Source: a virus
DNA: 64,000 bases
Strand: one strand, 5' to 3'
Virus record (IMG/VR): IMGVR_UViG_3300020477_001012
Span: 109,843-173,842 of that record
Part shown: one piece after another, positions 31,101 to 38,596 of the stretch
How the letters are laid out: each line of letters starts with the position of its first letter
How positions within the stretch are numbered: position 1 is the stretch's first letter
The notes under the pieces: model-generated
What the model saw: only the letters and a program-made list of their open reading frames with translations
Databases searched by the model: none
What the model was told of the DNA's origin: nothing
Program-made: the position numbers and the translations under genes

Positions 31101-31624
31101 GCAATAGATGTGGAGCACACCCTTGCCCTAGCAAGTCTGGGGTTGGACTGCTCAGTCTCGCTGCATAATTTGATAAGGCATATGTTGTCATACCCACCTG
31201 AGCACAAGCTAGAAATGGGCGTGTCAGGGGCATCTTGACCCAGACGATAAAAAAGGATTATCTCCTTACTGTTGATGCCCAAGATAGAATATGTATACGT
31301 CTGACCCGACTTCTCTATGGTGGCAATATCCCCAACAGAGATATAGCAAGATACGGCTTCTTTAAGGGTGACGGTATAAATTGGGCCTGTACCGTCAACA
31401 TCTGTAAACTCTACAGATTGGCAGAACTTATAGGGGGAAAAAAGCAGGCCGGTGCAGTGCATTCCGGCTCTGGATTCTCTACCGCACTTGCTTGTTACAA
31501 TGTTCTTTTTAAGGGCGACATTGCAACTTAATTTGGCTTTAACCGTAATACCAGTAGCTGTCAAGGTGCCTGTTGCGGCCTTGACGCATAAGCATTCTAA
31601 GGTTTTTAAGTGCCTATTAGCCAT
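19181..31624 (-). CDS. giant (~4147 aa) virion/adhesin protein with LamG-like region, xNL repeat arrays and a seven-blade FG-GAP propeller with inserts
   Basis: ATG at 31624 after AAAGGA; seven FG..GAP-type repeats between about 19800 and 25880; immediately downstream of the TMP. Confidence 0.75.
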   Translation of the reverse strand: MANRHLKTLECLCVKAATGTLTATGITVKAKLSCNVALKKNIVTSKCGRESRAGMHCTGLLFSPYKFCQSVEFTDVDGTGPIYTVTLKEAVSCYISVGDIATIEKSGQTYTYSILGINSKEIILFYRLGQDAPDTPISSLCSGGYDNICLIKLCSETEQSNPRLARARVCSTSIAASVHISSKLSGRIRMGENSLSAVGKINNGLTTDYNIHQKMLGGFNLRATRADKFYGDFGDFECVEKLYPSGDLPIDAGMGNFVGSDNSSGNLYRFIDEGVFTGDYDKQFGNSIIISDDANSFIHPDTFHTEGLFQYKCNLTNFLVRPEETRLRIRASAPINNYEANVPPRYTIHNIKFEDPSGNLVVKYEDIIVYGDVDYTNSATHANFSTYSSAAVTNKADLYDWQRTSAPHMYQISGYKLTFDVRSEALDDPFAPGFSDGFEDNYIIHDTYASGDDYLALDGAPLSTQDQSLINPTKAIRISALEICNSGGYGPRPEDYIGLFAQVPEKGRRLERKILPSFMPLAEFDTGVWPSVSSIWHHKNSNMGHVTIGSNLDSCGATGLVSAIQRETAHDYAELHSTGPHLDSGKLTLKFSHGRGIVNEVTKGAFDCGFDQTICPTWFDPSGAFNTQNRTQLGVDDGFFDIESITLKVKAKKATGSRNYVLDVVGYSDDGLLNVSSAPSGFLQNPYSVQLNDQIISSDGTHPVTSGFLADGDDLAIASESLSEKERYTETSGNLGGDHYSLTNYPVVSTTDFVDYEVPLKIYDDRVTLGQSRDYSMSSLFEHLYLDIYPLPSGASIASVHLLVRYKPQNALKLSIEGGDKIRKIQDGRSEGSIYPISRGSTDDMLNAGSGYGPISTIEGIPHAFTTPSSIKSNYSRRWRGMEGTVRGPFDPDMFGFGFENPHMDFPFLSGFYDFDEMDGLYVKSRPLGSGFGNVSGLFSTTPEIYKNIGWRFSSGTLFSDQLPGYSGAYKTSDWTSMTNDSTSTNFEDDKLYGRIADAFNNVVRISGHSQNINFGNIDTTSGFSIFTRFTPDANISGVDYNLFNSGVLFSKWDSAADLDFALGYSGGFLCGYSKDIDGNVITVADTLPYSGYQFPLSVILTYNDHNGSGLKLYTDNEADRNTYTHDFGDGFDGDHLFLRASSVPFYKNTTNANLIVGHSPGSGVGMNMLLSEFGISTYTVGVKGSGTNIVEANPDATYKQVTAEKFFDNHRAKFYSPDEDYHIDTFKLWDYVNENTYSDWDIGAFKYCQFGIAFNQLTKRTGRDLVSFNINHDGSGYITRNDLTLPSNVDSGVSYHTQIENDFLRFHLSDTSDNFYSTQRRITKDLPRDYVFSDRALVVETVMEHKTDHDIVWPNCTGTVGPKLIVSLYTKKKEPYWVPDEPNWGLINRDIHYLEPSSCIMRVDSKFTYDSLVDTSEQWALFPDEPVLSEFSEKYYSQDVDDMFLQYDLVYPSGKPFESRINIHTSHVRLDDAYVKDTDANSNVNLIASGGNVVAQNLDLFLKNYAPSDSGILNLFAVGPIGLGSSGTGGAGGYNGSGLTLFTSGSFRELQSLHLNTLSYVTQSSGINLNVSGKYYPITDGSGAFNLNVEGVGLGSAIFPLSIRNDDLSYVPSGGLLPLFTYATSGSVGLRDSMPLVLANTHAADPVASSTLLNLFTLGSTSLVDSLPLVKMNLFIEGTPLLSENMNLVLYGDDLTTSFASSSGTGTTGSPQLGMNLFMSNYGGVGSTFFNWFNYNYGTGINIEDNTYASLPVGNEIRGVDLIGYGHCLSDSPRKAIDKAIVTDDTVWREETCNDGGIFRAVGLYTNSGAINFSGGLGYSGNYYGIRKSRNLIPHAPYWATMKITTGSTDAIKVPRNFEDWEYGICGPDFYSDSGCCTADCDQNLVYSGAKMIGDYPHMSGDASLTPPNTRDLQDQYGKAVAVMDDAMVVSAPRREIADSSGHMIPDAGSAFVYRRGADVAGKKADWQMQDQLMLPSGFRRDYVSKVVDNLIKFDTFSISGQRWNIGQEGRRFGSSLDIGASGDRETIIVGAPFAGWSRKFQDIQTSGIPVCMFVFIDEFQYSEADIGRIGNAAGKWDILYKYFSAPWNAQTPEEFQPQINVDVMVFETYKGSEPKQEPEGPSWFHHTWIPSMIDPDLADLKQETHDRMLSGIKENGFLRVFPSGSSEFSPHSGIPPIMGLFEERSPSSMNGAAFVHDGVSIIDEFVDFYEQYSYASGVIDPNVDLAATGHVRRVAGSSLDWADTSIDLIHDTLDSGYLINNDVMKFITSGVGQEWANPNAYEFQIPPGSGGRVYIFEKESGIFNCVQEIKPLSVRESLKFGGGGTYHTGGAVTDPSNTAASNEEWLGPYRDEYNDRFGHSVGISQNSQVVSIGSPFTNTPCEIFERDNSENERMYKNLRDWLVFTSMTAEVNRYDDLLAASGKSVAQNVVYHELSQSNKFSFRIDENFWGTNKTIELYKPVYQYAYSDITSTGTWKFILNEFAGTSRLGYSTSVSDDGDIVAFGAPTDSTTLFEDTNVWYKEKNTWASYTNAGAVRMFESRKYIPHSGVVEFTRFGNLDRSAHETERDQGFYDQMGLYFQPDDKSFRRMDFSEIEIPRDAGLAFIITPELDAASDEIIDNIKHWLALGDRTLVLVGNDPVYEENGLYGDSNKLVNKILGKLGSRMRIHPAATKYESLPDCVSSSDVSNDRWNVTKAYVPTYAHTKYDGYKSKISTDNIFAKGVGDIRMDLSDIDLQEMVQIAPCDKLNADVCNMPLKHNGDLRAEWTEECEKTVGRGNKVKVLYQKNWGFHFANPNAAQGCDDYPVDPQPFINRPYKDVSPILTAAEFLPDTHWYIPARSGVRIEKRTIYKFIKKVTTDKVVEFADYNLEEVAFNVAEDSNSNVSGIYNYFDVEKTQGGFIDPDPWPTATAENRRDALVQGRGDWMIESGVKKVNKVLSDESVLALREKYIYDDEDGNPVDDNNNVYLLAHLNGESEEAFDDPNGNCDRNHYFYANLVKNDCDEAPLIVQLGGWTKRQSFKEAYDGSVLLDRLNLYIDTDGNHAVKENQIYNEGDIIPAAVDVLWIANPDGQPDDGDISIIKNWLKGGKKKVVITYSGTDPDTRQTIAENVKVLCEKLGISSRPFFRPCLGDYFVQQSSQVGDSNRQRVDSQDTCNIMTPKQKLNYAEEAISGCELGYGWNSHVNVETNVPKLSLWPKAGEAGSSRLNYIPISGGGDFEKIVYYEDAITDTCTYDTEKTIYFINGKASGEFPVEEGSGYRIFVDWVSETPNEKFTIHGEARNISLSAEEDPNDPMDRVSFNQHEYFNNTATNSVKSTHVDVRAKGSAIRVSLDTDRYKLPRGIIPAKDGDFTGDPLTPRILSISGCPLPIETTITTTTRWIQVPSGEITIEHPWYVPAQSGTVKGAFRPIKHKSERYCNPNARCDDRGDNEIEDGPVIAAEEFEQFSAFPAGGKRSKIVVLSDSTMIQGQCPQYRSDAIKENQKFIRSLYPTSPHEDSALSAYSMNTQKGDDDTGRQFKFTQKLRAPERGSAAKYYAVSGIANTTMPLYGAGGAAGNLGSYVDNEDTYHPANPGFLREPDPLGEKKKEEVDKFGGAEAVNKFGIYPRFSGDFLNEGLYTIDGVTKDFLVDAKTIGGPPDLMKFNGTDYLDFDLYTSGCPGDLFGFSVDLSQNKLVVGTPFNGFHTENAISGVSGIVQWHEIKNDPNRSGMKVSQNGGAGAAFYFERTGSGSNVVSEFLPWEFKEKIKPSSVNVGLDNCTSSQLQLQRGDHNLNSDFVVDHAGRTDKFGYSVAIDADMIAVGAPHHDFATLHDHIYSGTSAFQRKSFNAEFEIPGHKYYDLGSSGVRYDQFGGDSGVMVLNNGAVFNYRHEITDWPNRIKTWQYAEKLYAHGYLARTGTTHGAGGVIVVSGCENDGFGQSVAIYRSERGDSDYTLSVGAPFHDHPTSGNHMTSGLANAGAAYTYDAMLREQLPSIPNAGSWIDVEIFGDKAEDGNNRLTNRVYQNETGDPISYITSGIIFSNVNGDIFIEASGFDPSTKGFVAHRPFVEYVTGDLLPGTPVNATLNLHISGAPHPVSGSMNLTIPGPSSAYVYNNVDLVTFGCSDIASGSMPLYIDAPSGVASGALNLNMTSTQTTEQLNLRVRGK
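19340..19348 (-). promoter_or_regulatory. GTGTATAAT putative internal late promoter
   Basis: Inside the 3' end of the giant gene, about 160 nt upstream of the 19181 start. Confidence 0.45.
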
Positions 31625-31658
31625 CAAAAAATATCCTTTATGTCCTGCATCTTAAGAG

Positions 31659-34600
31659 TTATTCACCCATACCGGCGATTTTCTTTAGTCCATTGTTAGT
31701 TGCTTTGTATTTAGGTATTTCGTCACGCACGGCGTCAAGCACTATATCTCTAATGGCTGGTTCAAGTTTTGGAAGAACCACGTTAACACTGATGGGCGGC
31801 ATGGAGTTAATATCAACACCCATGGTAAACCCTGTAAGCTTGTCAATAGCATTGGCAAATGAGGTTACAGCCGTGCCTAACGCTGGCATAGCATCACCAA
31901 ACATTGAACCCATTTTCTGCACAAGGTCACCAAATTGATAATAACCAACTGGACCGCCTGCGCTCATGGCGGTGGCGGGCGCGGTGGCATCTTGTCGACC
32001 ACTGCTATTCATGGCCCTAAGTATCTGCAAGTTATTACCACGATTAACGGCAGCACGATTAACCACAAATTCTCCCGGGGTCAACATGGCAGGAACAGTG
32101 TCAGTTCCACGAGGAACAAAAATACCCCTATTGGCATAAACTACGCCGCCTCTATACATGCCAGCTAGTTCTCCCACTCCCCTATCTGCCGCAGTTTGCG
32201 AGGCCACTTTTCGTTGCATCGTTTCATCAAATACTACTTGAGCATTTGTAATTGTTACTGTAGCCTTAGCAACTTCCATCTTCTTAATCTCTGCCATTTG
32301 CTGGGCTTGGGCGCCCAACTCTGAGGCCAACCCTCTACCCTCAGCTCGCAGGGCCTCAGTTTCTGCATCTCGCCCAACCATGACTCCGGCAGATCTGGCA
32401 TCCGTAATGCCCATAGTCGACAGAGTGATACCAGCAGCCCGTTGCATTTCCGCATCAGACATCCCAGTGCCTTCTAGGCTCTTCATTCCGGCACCAAGGG
32501 CTGACGGGCTAAACAAGCTAGCCATGTTGGCGTCCCCGGCTCGTAAGGCGGCAGCAGCCCCAGCAGCGGCTTGTTGCTCGATGAAACCCTCAATATCTCC
32601 AGCCATTAATTTTTCAAAAGAACTTTTTTCAGCAGCATTCTTCTTGGCTATAATAGCAATCTCTTCCTTGATTTGATCAATCCTCTGTCTCGTCAGAGCC
32701 ATAAGGGCATCGTTGGTCTTGGCTAATTCTGTTGTTCTATCTTCGTCAATTCCTCCCGGCCCCTGAAAACCACCGCTGGCCTTGCGTGCCATCTGCACAT
32801 CAGTCTTGGCTGCCACCTCTTCTCTTGCTCTGGCAAGCTCGCCAGCACTAGCATTGCGAAGAGTCTTGATCCCAGCGTCTTGGGCGACCAAGTTGAACTG
32901 AGCCACACGCGCTTGCTCTTTTTGTTCTGAGCTAAGCTTGTCTCCACCAAAGTCCTCAAAAATCTTAGCTGCCTGTAACTGCACATCAATAGCTTTCTTC
33001 TGTGCCTCAATATAGGCAAGCTCTGACGCCCTCCTAGCCTTGGTTAATGCTACGATGGTCTTTTGGTGTTCCAGTACAGCCTTGGCGGATTCCAGAGCAG
33101 TTTTTCTGAGTGGGTCTAAGCCGGATTTGATTTCTTCAATTAAACTGCTCGCGTCTCTGCCTCTGATGTCTCCTAGACTCTGAACAGCCCCCATTATAGC
33201 TTCTTGGGTAGCCTTGTCGGTAACACCAGCTAACAGGGAAGTTTCTAAGCTTGACTTGGCTGCCGCCTCACTACTTTGGTTAATGTCTAACCCGCTAATT
33301 CGCTTCTGCAAGCTGCCCATGAACTGGTTAACGCCCTGCGCCCGATCAAATGACCGGTTAACAGCTTGACCAACAGAGCTATTCTCACCCCCACCGACTG
33401 AGGCTAAAACTTGTTCGCGCGCGTCGTTTAAAGCCCTCTCGCCCTCTTCTCCCATCCCCATGTTAGCTTGAGCAGTCTCTATGGTCGCAATAGTGCTTTC
33501 TAATGCCAGCGATCCGGTTTCTAACGACGATAAGAAGTTATTCACAGCGTTGCTCGACGCGGCGAACACCGACATAACCTTAAGATTATCAAAGTTTGCT
33601 TTCGCTACCGCCTCCATCGCCGCTTTCATCTTGAAGGCCGCAACTGCTGCCGCTTTCTGTGCCTCTGCTCCTGCGGCAGTAGCGCCTCCAAACTCATCAA
33701 AGAATTTAGTAAGCTGATTAATGCTCGTGGCATTCTTACCCATAATCGCGGCAGCTTCTAGTTCTTGTTTCTTGAGGGCATTTAACTTTTCAGTCTTTGC
33801 CTGCCCCTCATCCATCCTATTGATGAAACCCATAGCCTCGGTGCTGGACCTTAACACCGACTCGCCCAGCTTTTCTACCTTAACTCCTCCAGCTCCCACA
33901 AATTCGCTCGCTCTACCCTCTACGGTCTTTCCAGTCTTTGCTTCTTCAATGAACTTGGACTGTTTGCCCACCGCCGCCTCTGTCGCATCCGTTGCTGCCT
34001 GAGTAACGACCTGTTGGTGTATCTGGTCTCTTAGTTCTTTTGGGTCCGTAGTAAGCGCCCTGATGATTCCTTGCATGGTGAACATCTCCGAAAATGCTTC
34101 ATTCATTGCACGCTCTTGTCCAGCCTTGCCCGCCCCCGTCACATCTCCTTTGTCTTTTGCTTTTTCAGCTTTTCTTCCGGCTATCTCCGCTAACGCCCCG
34201 AACACTTGACCTGAAATCATGGCTGCCGACATCGCTAGTCCCGCCGCACCGCCAATGGCGGTAGCGCCCCTGCTCATGCCTTTCCCGACCCTGCCCTTCA
34301 TGCGGGACATCATCCCGCCACCTTTCGTTTTTCGCATCTGGGCGTTCATTTTCTTCAGGGCGCGAGCAGCTTTGTTGGCGTCTTTTGGTAGTATCTTTAA
34401 TTGCTTACGGAAGCCGTTGAGCTTCTGTTTGCCCTTTGTGAAGCCAATGCTTAATAATTTCAACCCGTATCTGTACCCTTTGGTTCCTTTTAACGCTTTC
34501 CTTTTTGCTATTAGCTCTCTGTTTAGTTCCCGCCCGTATGCCCTCGCGTGCTTCACGGCGGGATGATAGTGTTTGGCCTCTTTGTTTCTAGTCATCGCCA

Positions 34601-37600
34601 ATTTTTTGGCAGAAGTCCGAAGATTGTTCTGGCTACCAGCTAATTTCTTGTTGGCTTGACCAAGATCATTTTGCGTTGTTTTCAATCTCTTTTGAGTATT
34701 AACGTATCTATTGTTAGCATCCCTTGAGTCTTTCACAGCCGCTGCTTCTTTCCTGAGTGCTTTGGCTTTCTCCTCTGCGGCAGCCTTAGTAACGACGGCT
34801 TGCTTCTTAGACGCATCGGCACTGTTTTTGGCTGCTAGAATTGCGGCCTTTTCCGTTCTAACGGCACCTTCCCGATTCTTATTATAGCTCTTCTGTCTCC
34901 GCTCTGCGTTCTTCAGTTCGTCTTGCAGTTTTCTAAGTTGTTTCTCCCACCCTGCCGATTTAACACCTCCGCTGACACCTTTCTTGGTGTGAATGAAAGC
35001 GCCGTCGCCTTTCCTCCTCTTCCTTGTAATTCCTCGGTCTTCTAATTGCTTCCTGTGGGCGCGTATCTCGGCCTTCTTTCGATTTACCGCCTCGGCTTTT
35101 TTACCGCCCGGCTCCCAACCCTTCTCCATTTGCTTTCTGTGTCTTGTTGCGTCGTCAGCCCCAGCCTGATCTTTCGCTGCTTTGGCTTTTTTCTGTGCTA
35201 GACGGGTTTCTTCTGTCGCAGCCACCCCAGTCGCTGCCGCCGCCGTTTTCGTAGCCGCTCTTTTCCTCTTGTTGGCTTCAGTCCGGTCGCCCTCATCAAC
35301 AGCGACCTGCTTCTCTAGTCGGTTCCTTTTTTTGTGTAGCCTTCTTTTTTCGTTTCTGTCTTCTTTCATCTCCTTGCCTTTGTTGGCAAGATCTTTCTCT
35401 CCCTTTTGTACCGCTTTCTCCTTGGCAAGCTCAGACACGTTGCGAGCGTCACTGACCTTTTTCTTCTTCTTCTTGCCCTTCTTTTTAGACTTCTCCGTTT
35501 TCTCTTCTTCTTTTTTGGTCTTGGTCTCTTCAGTGGCCGACTCGGAAGTTGCCTTGTCTGCCTTCTTCTTGTCTTTCTTCTTCTTGGACGAGCTTTTTTT
35601 GGTATCTTCTGCCTCAGACGAAGCCTCTGCCTCGGCCTTCTTCTCGGTCTTCTTCTTTTTCTTCTTCTTCTTGCCCTCGGCCTCCTCCAAGGCTTTTTCT
35701 AACTTAGGCTTCTTGTCTTTTTTCTTTTTATCTTTCTTGACATCTTTGGCGGATTTCTCAAGAGCTTTCCCCCATTCTTTGAGTTTCTTCGTAAGCAGCA
35801 TACTAGCCTGTATGATAATAGCAAGCTGTATTAGAGACTGAGAAACCCGCTCCGCAGCAACGGCGGATACGAACTGGGCGTCAGTAGCTTCTTTGCTCTT
35901 GTCTCCAAAATTGCTTAATGCCGTGGCCGCGAAGCCAGACATAAGCATCATCTTTTCCATACCCCCAAATCCGCCACCACCACCAGCCGCGCCACCCTTG
36001 GCAAATTTCTGCACTCCCACTGGGCCGCCCGCAGCAAACCCAGTCACGCCCTTTTTGTTCATTCGGTTCAGGTTAGCGTAACCGATACTTCGAGCAGATT
36101 TTTTATTGACGACAAATTCGCCGGGAGTGAGGAGGGCGGGGACCGTGTCTGAGCCAGAAATTCCACCGCCAGAGGCTCGCCTTGTACGTCCAAATTCGCC
36201 AGCTTTCCTTCTTTTTCCTACTTCTGATTTACTCAGCCCTGTAAGTTTAGCAACTGCGCTATCGGCCACATCAACTTGCTTGCTCTTGGCGTAAATAGCA
36301 TTAATCTCGCTACTTTTTGCAGCAAGGGTTTCTTGGCCCTTGAGACTCTTAAACAGTTTGTATTCTTCTGCTAATAAGTTGGGGTATTTCTTATTAATAA
36401 CCTCGTCAACATATGATTTATTTAGGGTTCTTTTTGCGTCTATTGGTATACTGGCAAACTCAGAAAATTTACCTCTAGCTAGAGATCCTAAACCTGACGG
36501 AAAATCAAATGCTGAATTGTTATCTGATTTAGTCTTGGCTCTTTGTCGTGCGTCTTGCGATCCAGAATCAAAGGGCGCGCCGATCTTAACCAACAGAGCT
36601 TCAAATGCATTCCCAATAACCCCTTCAATCCCAAGCTTATCCAAGTCTGTGAGAGATAAGTCTCGACCGGTAACCTTTCCTTCTCCAGATAGACCCGAAA
36701 AATAGGTCTTTAAGCTATCGCCACTGGCATTGATAGCCTGTAGAAACGAATCCTTGATTGCCGCTTCAGTTTTGTCTCCAACGGTCTGATCACCAATCGC
36801 CATGCCGCGCGAGGTGACAGATAGTGAGCCACGCTTAGCTAGGAGTTGTTGAAATTCTGGACTAAAACTCCTCTTGGCACTCTGTAATACTTGTGCATTT
36901 TCCCTTATTTTCTTAACGCCTTTGGCATCTGCTGAAAATCCAGCTTTACCAGCAACATCTTTGAGTGTTACAGAACCCTTGGCTTCCAGAGGTTTGTTTG
37001 GGGGGTCTTTGTCATATGGTCGCAGCGCTATAATGCCACCTGCGGCATATTTATTTTGATTCATCGCCTGAAGCTGGTCGGCCCCAATCTTCTTCACGCT
37101 ACTCTTGCGAATAACAAATTCCCCGGGCTGTAGCATAGCCGGGACTGTGTCTCGGTTTCCAGAACCGGGCACAAAACCACCACGGGCAAAGTGGTGGATT
37201 TTACCACCCTGATGTTTTGCCTTGACGCCCCTGAGTGATGCGCCAATTCCAGCAGCAAAACCGCCAATACCTTGACTGACCTTAACTGCGGCAAATGCAC
37301 CAAGAAGTGGGATGATGGGCTTGAGGGCATCGGCAACTTTGATCAGGGCAGAAGCAAGACCAAGGGCCGTTTTTGCCATCACCTGAAAAGATGTGGACTC
37401 AGTAATTCCCCTTACCAAGGCAAGAAATTCTTCTTTAACCTTGACGATCTGAACGGCCAAAGCCTGTTGGGCCGTGGCAGCGTCTCTTGTTAAAGAGTCC
37501 CCACCAGCGATGGCGGCCTGTCGCGCCCTCTCGGCTGTCTCAAATTGCTGCAAGAGGGGGATGACTTTACCGATTTGCCTAAAGCCACCAAGTTGCTCTG

Positions 37601-38561
37601 CTATCTGAATAAACTTCAGGTCACCAGCAGGAACGTCAGCAAGAGCTTTACTGAGTCTTTTTACGGCCTCGAATGGGCCAACAAATCTACCATTAAGATC
37701 TGTAAGAGAAACACCTAACTCCTTTAGGTATTGAATGGTAGCTGGTCTTTGAATACGTGTAAGAATGGTACGCAAACCAGTAGCAATAGACTCAGAACTT
37801 TCACGAGTCGTAGCACGGATGGATGTAAAGAGACCTAGAAATTCTTCGAGGCTACCACCAGCAGCTTTAAAGACACCACCAGTACGGCGAATAGCACCAA
37901 TAAGGTCACCAGACTCAACGGCAAACTGGCCTGCCACAGCATTGATGGCACCCAGTTGTCTCTCTAATTCTCCCACGCCCTTTCCAAACTGGGCGAGAAT
38001 AGCAACAGCACCTTCTGCTGTCTTGTTTATATCCTCAAAGGTGGGGGCCAAGGTAGTTTTAGCTAAAGCTTCTAGCGCAACCTTCAAGTCACCAGCCTGA
38101 ATACCAGCCTGAGCCAAGATTCTAGTGACAGCCACCAAGTCTGTAGAAGATGTACCTAGAGTGACAGACAAACGAGAAATTTCATCACTAAGGCCCTTAA
38201 GCTCTTTAGTGGTCTTGCCCGTCACTTGGGCAATTTTGATGATTTCCCGTTGAAAATCTATAGACTCTTGGACGGCACCAGCTAAGCTATTGGTAAACAG
38301 GCTAACTGCCCTAGAAGCAATCGTAAAGGCAGCAAATCGCTTGAGGGCGACCCCAAACGTTTTGCCCATATTGTGTGCAGCACTTGTGGCTTGATTTGTA
38401 GCCGCAGTAATCTGCTTGATCTGCCTTTGAGCCTGTGTAGCACCTTTAACATTTACATTTACAGACACACCAGATAATTGGCTTTTTATCTGGTTTACAA
38501 CCTGTTGAGTATTCTTAGGCGCTTGTAGCTTAAGTTGTGCAGTCAGTACAAATTTAGACAT
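31659..38561 (-). CDS. tail tape measure protein (TP901-like core) with repeat-bounded inserts
   Basis: Helical Ala-rich N-terminal core (IIKIAQVTG..LAQAG..INAVAGQFAVESGDL..IATGLRTILTRI); three DTVPA(M/L)LxPGEFV motifs; 2300 aa. Confidence 0.9.
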   Translation of the reverse strand: MSKFVLTAQLKLQAPKNTQQVVNQIKSQLSGVSVNVNVKGATQAQRQIKQITAATNQATSAAHNMGKTFGVALKRFAAFTIASRAVSLFTNSLAGAVQESIDFQREIIKIAQVTGKTTKELKGLSDEISRLSVTLGTSSTDLVAVTRILAQAGIQAGDLKVALEALAKTTLAPTFEDINKTAEGAVAILAQFGKGVGELERQLGAINAVAGQFAVESGDLIGAIRRTGGVFKAAGGSLEEFLGLFTSIRATTRESSESIATGLRTILTRIQRPATIQYLKELGVSLTDLNGRFVGPFEAVKRLSKALADVPAGDLKFIQIAEQLGGFRQIGKVIPLLQQFETAERARQAAIAGGDSLTRDAATAQQALAVQIVKVKEEFLALVRGITESTSFQVMAKTALGLASALIKVADALKPIIPLLGAFAAVKVSQGIGGFAAGIGASLRGVKAKHQGGKIHHFARGGFVPGSGNRDTVPAMLQPGEFVIRKSSVKKIGADQLQAMNQNKYAAGGIIALRPYDKDPPNKPLEAKGSVTLKDVAGKAGFSADAKGVKKIRENAQVLQSAKRSFSPEFQQLLAKRGSLSVTSRGMAIGDQTVGDKTEAAIKDSFLQAINASGDSLKTYFSGLSGEGKVTGRDLSLTDLDKLGIEGVIGNAFEALLVKIGAPFDSGSQDARQRAKTKSDNNSAFDFPSGLGSLARGKFSEFASIPIDAKRTLNKSYVDEVINKKYPNLLAEEYKLFKSLKGQETLAAKSSEINAIYAKSKQVDVADSAVAKLTGLSKSEVGKRRKAGEFGRTRRASGGGISGSDTVPALLTPGEFVVNKKSARSIGYANLNRMNKKGVTGFAAGGPVGVQKFAKGGAAGGGGGFGGMEKMMLMSGFAATALSNFGDKSKEATDAQFVSAVAAERVSQSLIQLAIIIQASMLLTKKLKEWGKALEKSAKDVKKDKKKKDKKPKLEKALEEAEGKKKKKKKKTEKKAEAEASSEAEDTKKSSSKKKKDKKKADKATSESATEETKTKKEEEKTEKSKKKGKKKKKKVSDARNVSELAKEKAVQKGEKDLANKGKEMKEDRNEKRRLHKKRNRLEKQVAVDEGDRTEANKRKRAATKTAAAATGVAATEETRLAQKKAKAAKDQAGADDATRHRKQMEKGWEPGGKKAEAVNRKKAEIRAHRKQLEDRGITRKRRKGDGAFIHTKKGVSGGVKSAGWEKQLRKLQDELKNAERRQKSYNKNREGAVRTEKAAILAAKNSADASKKQAVVTKAAAEEKAKALRKEAAAVKDSRDANNRYVNTQKRLKTTQNDLGQANKKLAGSQNNLRTSAKKLAMTRNKEAKHYHPAVKHARAYGRELNRELIAKRKALKGTKGYRYGLKLLSIGFTKGKQKLNGFRKQLKILPKDANKAARALKKMNAQMRKTKGGGMMSRMKGRVGKGMSRGATAIGGAAGLAMSAAMISGQVFGALAEIAGRKAEKAKDKGDVTGAGKAGQERAMNEAFSEMFTMQGIIRALTTDPKELRDQIHQQVVTQAATDATEAAVGKQSKFIEEAKTGKTVEGRASEFVGAGGVKVEKLGESVLRSSTEAMGFINRMDEGQAKTEKLNALKKQELEAAAIMGKNATSINQLTKFFDEFGGATAAGAEAQKAAAVAAFKMKAAMEAVAKANFDNLKVMSVFAASSNAVNNFLSSLETGSLALESTIATIETAQANMGMGEEGERALNDAREQVLASVGGGENSSVGQAVNRSFDRAQGVNQFMGSLQKRISGLDINQSSEAAAKSSLETSLLAGVTDKATQEAIMGAVQSLGDIRGRDASSLIEEIKSGLDPLRKTALESAKAVLEHQKTIVALTKARRASELAYIEAQKKAIDVQLQAAKIFEDFGGDKLSSEQKEQARVAQFNLVAQDAGIKTLRNASAGELARAREEVAAKTDVQMARKASGGFQGPGGIDEDRTTELAKTNDALMALTRQRIDQIKEEIAIIAKKNAAEKSSFEKLMAGDIEGFIEQQAAAGAAAALRAGDANMASLFSPSALGAGMKSLEGTGMSDAEMQRAAGITLSTMGITDARSAGVMVGRDAETEALRAEGRGLASELGAQAQQMAEIKKMEVAKATVTITNAQVVFDETMQRKVASQTAADRGVGELAGMYRGGVVYANRGIFVPRGTDTVPAMLTPGEFVVNRAAVNRGNNLQILRAMNSSGRQDATAPATAMSAGGPVGYYQFGDLVQKMGSMFGDAMPALGTAVTSFANAIDKLTGFTMGVDINSMPPISVNVVLPKLEPAIRDIVLDAVRDEIPKYKATNNGLKKIAGMGE

Positions 38562-38596
38562 CTTATCTCTCTAAAATTAAGTGACTACACTATCCA

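Noticed and set aside
35182-35841. Phe/Leu/Ser-rich + strand ORFs that look like membrane proteins
   Set aside because: Antisense shadow of the poly-Lys/Glu codons of the TMP.
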